The notes under the pieces: generated by a model
The model's input: the letters and a program-made list of their open reading frames with translations, nothing else
Database searches by the model: none
Told to the model about the DNA's origin: nothing
Made by a program: the position numbers and the translations under genes
Source: Candidatus Velthaea sp.
Lineage (GTDB): Bacteria > Vulcanimicrobiota > Vulcanimicrobiia > Vulcanimicrobiales > Vulcanimicrobiaceae
Reading direction: 5' to 3'
Length of the DNA stretch: 64,000 nucleotides
NCBI GenBank assembly: GCA_050012475.1
Contig: JBEKHC010000006.1
Location: 1-64,000, forward strand
Shown: positions 57,239 to 64,000 of the stretch, in pieces
Layout: each line of letters begins with the position of its first letter
Numbering within the stretch: the first letter of the stretch is position 1

Positions 57239-59596
57239 CTACGGCTGCAACACGAGCGTCGACACGCCGGCCCGCGCCACGGCCGCGTCGGAAAACGGCA
57301 GCGGCGTCAGGGCGTGGCGGGCATAGCGCGCAGCTAGATCGCGGTAATGAGGCGAGCCGGGTTCGCCCGACTCTCCGAGTGGAATGTCGATCCCGCCGGC
57401 GTCCCAGTTACCGACGTCCCACACCGCACGAAAACTTTGACCGAACGTTGCTGCTTGCACAGCGGGAGCAAACCGTCCGCCCTGACCGCGGAGACGCGGG
57501 CCGTTCCACATGGCGAACCCGAAACTGGCCAACGGATGTTTTGCCATGACGGCAAACGTGTCGCCGTACGGCGTTGCGACGCCGTCACGGCCATAGCGCC
57601 CGACGATCGAACGCACCTCCGCGGCCAGAAACGCGTCGGGGTCATCGCCGGCGAACCAGCCCCGCGGCCGTTCGCGCAGCGCCCGCATGAGCAGCGGAAA
57701 CCGCGAGTCCGCCGCGAGATAGCGCGCCGCCAGCGCCGGCGGCAGATGGGCGCGCACGAGATCGGCGGCAGCTTGCAGCCGCAACCGTTCGACGACCGTC
57801 GCGCCGCGCGATTCGGGCGTGAAACGGCCGTCGAACGAGGCCAACGCGAGATAGGCCGGGCGCAAGGCGTCGTCGCGATCCCAACCCCGCGCGCGCAGCG
57901 CCGCCGCCGCGCGCCGCGCCAACTCGCGTTCGGCGAGCGATTCGGTGTCGGCTTGGATCGCCGCGAATGCCGCCGGATCGTAACGCGACACGGCGCGCAG
58001 GCGGCGCGCGATCTCGGCCGCGCGATACGGCGCGCGATACTCGGGACTCAGCCGGTAGGGATAACCCGCGCCGTACTGCAGGTTGTTCGCGCTGACGATC
58101 ACCGCCGAACGATCCGGCGGCACCTGCGGCAGCCGGTCGAACGGAACGAATTCCAGCGGGCGCGGCGTCGCCGCCACACCGTCAGCGGCCCGCAATCCCC
58201 ATGGTCCGTCGGGGATCGACCCGGCCAGTGCGTACGCGGCGCGTCCGGCGATATCGGCGAGCACGAAATTTTGCGGTGGGCCCGGATACTGCGCGAGCGC
58301 GGCCCAGGCGGCGCGCAGATCCGCGGCGCGGGCGAGCTTGTCGAAGGTGTCCAGCGCCGCGGCCGGACGCGTGACAACGTCCCACTGCACGGCATGGCGC
58401 ACGCGTCCGCCGCTTTCGACCACGAACCCGTGGCGGGTGGAGAGATAGCGCCGGGTGCGCGTGCCGCCGAAGCGGACGGTGAAGCGCTCGAGCCGCGGCG
58501 TCGCCGCGCGCACACCGCGTTCCGTCGCATACGTATCGCTCGACGCCGAAGCGAACTCTTCGCGAAAAACGCGCGGCCCGGCGACGGTCCCGTTCGTGGC
58601 GGCCCAAGCGACGCGCTCGTTGTGGCCCAAGATGATGCCCGGGCTTCCCGCCAGCGTCGCTCCAGCAACGTGCAGCCCGGGCGCCGCCAAATCGACCAAG
58701 TACCAGATCCCGGGAATGCTGCTGTCGAGATGCGGATCGTTCGCCAGCAATGCCCGCCCGGTCGTCGTCCGATCGGCACCGGCGGCAAAGGCATTGCTGC
58801 CATGGCCGGAACGTTCGCGATCCTCGACCTGCGCCACCGGATCGGCGCTCCCCCGCGTGGCCGCGATGCTCGGAAGCGGTGCGATCGCGGCTGGCGAGCC
58901 GCCGACGGTCGGGACGTCGTACGCCGGATCGCTCAGTGGGAAGAAGGCCGCGATCGCGTGCGGGCCGCCGGCGCGCACGACGTCGTCGCGCAGGATCACG
59001 TCGTGCCAGCTGTCACCCAAATCGCGGACGGTCGCGAGTCCGCACGCCAACGAATCTTGAGGCTGCCACGGCTCGAAACGTGCGAGGAGTGCGACGTATT
59101 CGGGCGGCGTGGGCTCGCGGCTCGCAGCAGCATTGACTCCTTGCGCATACGCGCGCAATTCGTCGCGCTGAACCTCGTCCAGCCGCGCAAATTGCGCCGC
59201 AACCACGGCAGCGGGGTCGTAAAGCCGGCTTTCTTCGTCGGTTGGCAGGGTCACGGCGCCGAGCATTTCGGCGAGCCGGCCGTAGACATACCGCCGCGTG
59301 ACGTCGATTTGAAACAGCCGATCGCCGCCAGTGACATATCCTTGGGCGAAATAAAGATCGTGCAACGTCCGCGCGCGGATGTGCGGCACATCGCGCGCGT
59401 CGCGCACGATCCGCACCGGAGCGTCGAGCGGTAGTCCGGCGATCGTTCCCTCGGTTCGCGCAACCCCGCGCAGCACCGTGAACGCCACCGCGCCTGCGTA
59501 CGCGGCAAATGCGGCAACGACGAGCCCGAGCGCGATCGCCGCTGCAACGGCGACACGCACCCAGCGGCGCCGCTTGCGCCGAAACGGCGGCGGCAT
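57239..59596 (-). CDS. Penicillin acylase family Ntn-hydrolase
   Basis: RDARDVPHI, FAQGY...DRLFQ, GSNAFA, LLANDPHL, GHN, SANN, GESG.PGSPHY.D. Confidence 0.92.
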   Translation of the reverse strand: MPPPFRRKRRRWVRVAVAAAIALGLVVAAFAAYAGAVAFTVLRGVARTEGTIAGLPLDAPVRIVRDARDVPHIRARTLHDLYFAQGYVTGGDRLFQIDVTRRYVYGRLAEMLGAVTLPTDEESRLYDPAAVVAAQFARLDEVQRDELRAYAQGVNAAASREPTPPEYVALLARFEPWQPQDSLACGLATVRDLGDSWHDVILRDDVVRAGGPHAIAAFFPLSDPAYDVPTVGGSPAAIAPLPSIAATRGSADPVAQVEDRERSGHGSNAFAAGADRTTTGRALLANDPHLDSSIPGIWYLVDLAAPGLHVAGATLAGSPGIILGHNERVAWAATNGTVAGPRVFREEFASASSDTYATERGVRAATPRLERFTVRFGGTRTRRYLSTRHGFVVESGGRVRHAVQWDVVTRPAAALDTFDKLARAADLRAAWAALAQYPGPPQNFVLADIAGRAAYALAGSIPDGPWGLRAADGVAATPRPLEFVPFDRLPQVPPDRSAVIVSANNLQYGAGYPYRLSPEYRAPYRAAEIARRLRAVSRYDPAAFAAIQADTESLAERELARRAAAALRARGWDRDDALRPAYLALASFDGRFTPESRGATVVERLRLQAAADLVRAHLPPALAARYLAADSRFPLLMRALRERPRGWFAGDDPDAFLAAEVRSIVGRYGRDGVATPYGDTFAVMAKHPLASFGFAMWNGPRLRGQGGRFAPAVQAATFGQSFRAVWDVGNWDAGGIDIPLGESGEPGSPHYRDLAARYARHALTPLPFSDAAVARAGVSTLVLQP

Positions 59597-59705
59597 CCGC
59601 CGGGCTCGAAGCGAACCCCTAACGGTTCACGCCGGAAAGGAGCATAGCTTCCCTTGCGCGTTCGCGCGCACCGGACCCTCTGGGTTCGACTTCGGCGAAC
59701 CCTTC

Positions 59706-59781
59706 GCGTTCAGCGGCACCGAGCCGCCTCTGGGCTCAGCGGCGCCGAGCCGCCTCTTGCGTTCGGCTGCGCCGAGCCGCC
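59706..59781. repeat. Three tandem ~26-bp hairpin repeats
   Basis: GCGTTCRGCnGCRCCGAGCCGCC(TCT) at 59706, 59732, 59759; same core as the 42075 and 42187 copies. Confidence 0.75.
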
Positions 59782-59787
59782 ATCGCG

Positions 59788-60420
59788 TTAGGGAGCTTTG
59801 GGTTTGAACATGCGGGCGGCGACGCCGGCGATCAGCACGCGCGGCAGCAGGCGCGGCGCGAACGCGACGAACCGATTGAGCGGGCCGTCGACGGCCAGGC
59901 TGTCGCCGCGATCGTAAGCGCGCATCGCCGTGCGAATGACTTGCGCCACGCTGCGGGCGCCGCCGAATTGCGCGCCCTCGCCCGCCGTCTTGAAGAAGTT
60001 CGTCTTCGTTGCGCCCGGGCACAGTGCGAGGACGCGCACGCCGCGGCCCTTGAACTCTTGCGCGAGCGCCTCAGTGAACGACAACACGAACGCTTTGGTC
60101 CCACCGTAGACGGCCATATACGGCACCGGCTGAAACGCCGCCGTCGAGGCGACGTTGATGATTCCGCCGCTGCGGCGCGCGAGCATTTCGGGCGCAAACC
60201 GATTGGTGAGCGCGACAAGCGCCTCGATGTTGACACGCACTTGAGCGGTGTTGCGCGCGAACCCGAGTGACTCGAATCGGCCGTGGGCGCCGAAGCCGAG
60301 TTCCGCACCGCTGCGGGCGACGAGCGCGAGATCGTAGCCGCGGGCGGCGAACGCGTCGGCAAATGCTTCGCCGATTCCCATCGAGGCGCCGGTGACGAGC
60401 GCGACCGGACGCTCAGACAC
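59788..60420 (-). pseudogene. SDR oxidoreductase with in-frame internal deletion
   Basis: VTGASMGIG and YGGTK present, but ARSGAEL joins directly to GFG; the DL..NNA segment is missing. Confidence 0.65.
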
Positions 60421-60712
60421 GGACGGTTTCCTGCTGTGCGCGCAGCGCACGCACCGTTGCGGCGATCGCGGCATCGTACAGCGTTTTGCGCACGTCCGGC
60501 AGGACCGAGCGCAGCAGCGCGTCGTCGAGCACGACCGGATGCGTGAAGAGATAGTACGTCTCGACGAATTCGCGCAGCAACGGGCTGAACGTGAGCGCCG
60601 CGAGTTTCTTCGCGTCGCGTCCGACGATGCGAACGCGGTGCCCGCGGCCGAGCAATTCGGGCAAGGCGATGCGGCCGATCGCTCCCGCCGCGCCGAAAAT
60701 CGCAACGTTCAT
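60413..60712 (-). pseudogene. NAD-dependent epimerase remnant with large internal deletion
   Basis: IFGAAGAIG N-terminus joins to a C-terminal FSPLLREF.E..YL...PVVLDD segment; only 99 aa. Confidence 0.6.
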
Positions 60713-60779
60713 CTTCGCCCCTCACCGGAGTGCGCCCAGGTGCTTTCATTCTGGCACCCCCACGACTTACCGAACCAAC

Positions 60780-60829
60780 ATACTGAACGGCGTTCATTAT
60801 GTCAATACAGATTCATTGAATGATTGACA
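60780..60829. promoter_or_regulatory. Divergent promoter with palindromic operators (likely TetR)
   Basis: TGAAC-GGC-GTTCA (60784-60796); TGTCAAT...ATTGACA (60800-60829), giving TTGACA on both strands. Confidence 0.6.
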
Positions 60830-60862
60830 GTCACATTCTGAGAGCCTATGCTCGAAGTCAGG

Positions 60863-61474
60863 ATGGGGACGAGCGAGCGCCGTGAACGCGAGAAGGCCGC
60901 ACTGCGCGATACGATCCTCGCGGCCGCCCGGCGGACTTTCGCCGAAGAGGGTGCCGCGGGTCTGACGATGCGGCGGATCGCCGACGCGATCGAGTATTCA
61001 CCGGGAACGCTGTATCTCTATTTCGCGAATCGCGAGGAGATCGCGCTCGTTCTGGTGCGCGAGGGGTTCGAAAAACTGCTGGCGGCGTTCGCTCCCGCCC
61101 TGACGGTCGCCGACCCCGTCGAGCGTTTGCGGGCGCTGGGCCGGGCCTACGTCGATTTCGGCCTCGACGATCCGCAAACGTACGAACTGATTTTTATGGT
61201 CGATGCGAAGTTCGTCTACGCCGTGCTCGGATCGGCGGAGCCGAATCCGGCCGGCGAGCCGGGGCAGCGCGCGTTCGATCTGCTCGCCGCAACGGTCGCC
61301 GAAGCCGTGGCCCAGGGCGAATTTCGACCGGTCGACCCCGCCCGTGCCGCGGACGCGCTGTGGGCCTCGCTGCATGGTGTCGTGAGCCTTTCAATCACCT
61401 GTCCGGGCACGCTGCCCGATCCCCGAACCGTCGCCGACCTCATCTGCGAGGCGCTGCTCGCCGGATTTCGGTAG
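60863..61474 (+). CDS. TetR/AcrR family regulator
   Basis: ERREREK...TMRRIADAIEYSPGTLYLYF; WASLHG. Confidence 0.95.
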   Translation: MGTSERREREKAALRDTILAAARRTFAEEGAAGLTMRRIADAIEYSPGTLYLYFANREEIALVLVREGFEKLLAAFAPALTVADPVERLRALGRAYVDFGLDDPQTYELIFMVDAKFVYAVLGSAEPNPAGEPGQRAFDLLAATVAEAVAQGEFRPVDPARAADALWASLHGVVSLSITCPGTLPDPRTVADLICEALLAGFR

Positions 61475-61482
61475 CGGGTTTC

Positions 61483-61516
61483 AGCTTCGCTGAATCCGTC
61501 GCGTTTCGGCTTCGCC
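61483..61516 (+). repeat. REP-like copy
   Basis: AGCTTCGCTGAATCCGTCGCGTTTCGGCTTCGCC, similar to 14459. Confidence 0.65.
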
Positions 61517-61561
61517 GAAGCCGCCGCAGCGATGCGCGCTCCGGACGGTTTGAGAGCGAGG

Positions 61562-62410
61562 ATGGCAGAACGCAAGCCCGTCCTAGTCACCGGCGCGTCG
61601 TCGGGCATCGGCGAAACGACGGTGGCCGAATTGCTGCGGCGCGGCTTTCGCGTCTATGCGGGAGTCCGCTCGTGTGCCGATGCAGCGCGGCTGGCGGGGA
61701 CGGACCCGCGCTGCACGCCGTTGCAGCTCGACGTGACCGACCCGGGCTCGATCGCCGCGGCGGCGCAGACGGTGCGCACCGCCGGCGGACTCTATGGCCT
61801 GGTGAACAACGCCGGCATCGCGGTGGCTGCGCCGCTGGAATATCTTCCGCTCGACGAACTGCGCCGGCAATTCGAGGTCAACGTGATCGGCGCGCTGGCC
61901 GTCACGCAGGCCTGCCTGCCGTTACTGCGCCGATCGCTCGGGCGGATCGTCAACGTGGGTTCGATCGCGGGGCGGGCGCCGCTGCCGATTGCCGGACCGT
62001 ATTCCGCCTCCAAAGCCGCGCTGGACTCGCTCACCTCGAGCCTGCGCATCGAACTCGCGCCCTTCGACGTGCTCGTGTCGTACATCGAACCTGGATCGCA
62101 TTGCTCGCCGATCTGGGAACGCAGCCGGGACGACGCCGAACGCTTACGCGCGCAGCTCCCGCCGCTCGCCCGCGACTACTACGGCGCCGCGTTCGAGGCG
62201 CTGGCCGCGCTGACGAAGGCGGCCCAAGCGCGCGCCGGCGACCCGTTGCGTGTCGCCGAAGCGATCGCCCATGCGCTCGAATCCGAACATCCGCGGCCGC
62301 GCTACACGATCGGCGCGGACGCTCGGCTCGGGGTGTTGTTGGGATTGCTGCCCGCGCGCTGGCGCGATCGCCTCATCCTGCGCCGCCTCGACGACGCGGC
62401 GTCGACATGA
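61562..62410 (+). CDS. SDR oxidoreductase
   Basis: VTGASSGIG, LVNNAG, YSASK; GAGG RBS. Confidence 0.95.
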   Translation: MAERKPVLVTGASSGIGETTVAELLRRGFRVYAGVRSCADAARLAGTDPRCTPLQLDVTDPGSIAAAAQTVRTAGGLYGLVNNAGIAVAAPLEYLPLDELRRQFEVNVIGALAVTQACLPLLRRSLGRIVNVGSIAGRAPLPIAGPYSASKAALDSLTSSLRIELAPFDVLVSYIEPGSHCSPIWERSRDDAERLRAQLPPLARDYYGAAFEALAALTKAAQARAGDPLRVAEAIAHALESEHPRPRYTIGADARLGVLLGLLPARWRDRLILRRLDDAAST

Positions 62411-63573
62411 TTCTGCGACTGCTGCCGATTCTGGGAATCACGTTCATCGATATCCTCGGCTTCAGCATCCTCATCCCGCTCATGCCGTTTTACGTGCAAC
62501 GCTTTGGGGGGTCGCCGTTCGTCATCGGTGTCTTGTTCTCGACCTTCGCGTTCTGCCAGCTCATCGCCGGGCCCGTGTGGGGCAACGTCAGCGACCGCAT
62601 TGGGCGCAAGGCCGTGCTCATCGTTTCGCAAATCGGCGCGACGATCGGCTGGACGATGCTGGCGTTCGCACCATCGCTCGCCTTCGTTTTTCTGGCCCGC
62701 ATCATCGAAGGATTGTCGGGCGGCAACATCAGCGTGACGCAATCGTACGTTGCCGACGTCGTCGAACCCGCCAAACGCGCGCGCGCCTACGCGTACATCG
62801 GCGCGGCATTCAGCGCCGGAATGATTTTCGGTCCGGCCGCCGGTGGCTATCTGGCCCACGCATACGGTTTCGCCGCACCGTTCTTGCTCGCCGCGGCGCT
62901 GCAGCTCGTGACGCTCATCGTCACGGTCTTCGCGTTGCCCGAATCGCGCGCGGCCGGCGCCGAGCACAGCGTCGCAACATTCGCCGACATCGTGCTCGCG
63001 CTGCGCAATCCGGCCGTCGCCCCCGTGCTGTGGCAAAAACTCGTGTATTCGCTGGGATTGTACGGCTGGTTCGCGTCGCTCACACTCGTGCTGCAGCGCG
63101 AACTCGGACTGCGCGAAGACAGGGTGGGTTATTTTTTCGCCGGATTTGCCGTCGTGAGCATCGTCATGCAGCTCTTCGTGGTTGGGCGCTTGACCGAACG
63201 CATCGGCGATCGGCGCGCGAACAACATCGGCCTCGCGGCAACGCTCGTGTCGTTCGCGATCGTGCCGTTCATGCACGACGCGGCAACGGCGCTGGCGATG
63301 CTGGCTGTCTTCGCGCTGGGCTTGTCGATCAACAACGCGACACTCGCAGCGCTCATCGGCGAAGCCGCGCCGGAAAACGCGCGCGGGACGATCTTCGGCG
63401 TCGGTTCATCGCTGGACAGCGCGTCGGGTGTGATCATGCCGCCGCTCTCGACGGGCACGCTGAGCGCGTACGGTTCGCCCGCGACCGCGGCAATCTCGGG
63501 AACGCTGACGCTCGTCGCGCTCATCATGGGCCTGGCCCAAACGCGGCGCGCCAAACGCCGGGCCGTCGAATGA
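62407..63573 (+). CDS. MFS transporter (TetA/DHA1-like)
   Basis: GNVSDRIGRK motif A, ARIIEG, GMIFGPAAGG. Confidence 0.93.
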   Translation: MILRLLPILGITFIDILGFSILIPLMPFYVQRFGGSPFVIGVLFSTFAFCQLIAGPVWGNVSDRIGRKAVLIVSQIGATIGWTMLAFAPSLAFVFLARIIEGLSGGNISVTQSYVADVVEPAKRARAYAYIGAAFSAGMIFGPAAGGYLAHAYGFAAPFLLAAALQLVTLIVTVFALPESRAAGAEHSVATFADIVLALRNPAVAPVLWQKLVYSLGLYGWFASLTLVLQRELGLREDRVGYFFAGFAVVSIVMQLFVVGRLTERIGDRRANNIGLAATLVSFAIVPFMHDAATALAMLAVFALGLSINNATLAALIGEAAPENARGTIFGVGSSLDSASGVIMPPLSTGTLSAYGSPATAAISGTLTLVALIMGLAQTRRAKRRAVE

Positions 63574-63581
63574 GCGCGCAA

Positions 63582-64000
63582 TCAGCGCCCTTCGGCGCAC
63601 TCGAGCGACGCGAACAACGCGCGCTCGACGATGTCCGCGGCCGCCTCGATCGCCGCGTCGCTGAGCCCGTCGCGCTCGAGAATCGAGGCCCGCACGATGC
63701 CGTCGTATAAGGCGATCAGCGCCGCCGCCGTCGACGCCGGATCGGCGACGCGGGCAAACCCGCGGGCATCGATGGCAACGATGTGATCGCGTAGGCGAGT
63801 AAACATGCCTTCGCGGCGTTCCTCGCGATACGCCGTGAGCCGGGCGTCGCTGGCGATGAGCGCGTGCCAGGCGCAGACGCTGGCCCGGCGCTCCCGCGCG
63901 TAGCGCAGCTTGTCGACGATCCAGCGGCGCACGCCGCTGCGCGCCTCGCCGGCCGACGCGACGTCGTCGCGCAGTAAGCGATCCTCGCCGATCCCCCGCG
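63582..64000 (-). CDS. 3' part of a probable TetR-family regulator (start outside the window)
   Basis: Helical C-terminus DPASTAAALIALYDG; frame open to the window edge. Confidence 0.5.
   Translation of the reverse strand, partial: RGIGEDRLLRDDVASAGEARSGVRRWIVDKLRYARERRASVCAWHALIASDARLTAYREERREGMFTRLRDHIVAIDARGFARVADPASTAAALIALYDGIVRASILERDGLSDAAIEAAADIVERALFASLECAEGR

Overview
GC-rich bacterial chromosomal window. The gene content (bchE-bchJ, a lipoyl-E2-E1 fused 2-oxoglutarate dehydrogenase, MalT-like/HD-GYP regulators) is compatible with an anoxygenic phototroph such as Eremiobacterota/Vulcanimicrobiota; this taxonomy is inference only. Recognisable content: MNT-HEPN toxin-antitoxin pair, DyP peroxidase, class I FBP aldolase, a SLOG-2TM effector fusion, two unusual adjacent fusions (DnaJ-TM-PstS-like; LivJ-like SBP-OstA/LptA), a bacteriophytochrome-GGDEF-EAL, an oxalate module (oxlT, oxalate-CoA ligase, PanE-like), an ABC exporter, a radical SAM-bchE-bchJ cluster, AidB, c-di-GMP enzymes, glutamine synthetase, Lrp-kdd-kamA, PhaZ, tRNA-Leu(CAG) and TetR/SDR/MFS genes. 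The most interesting signals are missing from the ORF track: (i) a 51-aa secreted-peptide ORF downstream of a MalT-like TPR/LuxR regulator plus HD-GYP pair, followed by a ~67-bp-periodic palindromic array, a candidate peptide signalling system; (ii) two intergenic repeat-rich candidate ncRNAs sharing GCAGUG/GUUGC words (3.2-3.5 kb and 13.2-13.5 kb); (iii) a 55-aa Cys/His microprotein; (iv) a MITE and a dispersed REP-like family; (v) three genes with large in-frame internal deletions. All calls come from reading motifs by eye; no database searches were run.
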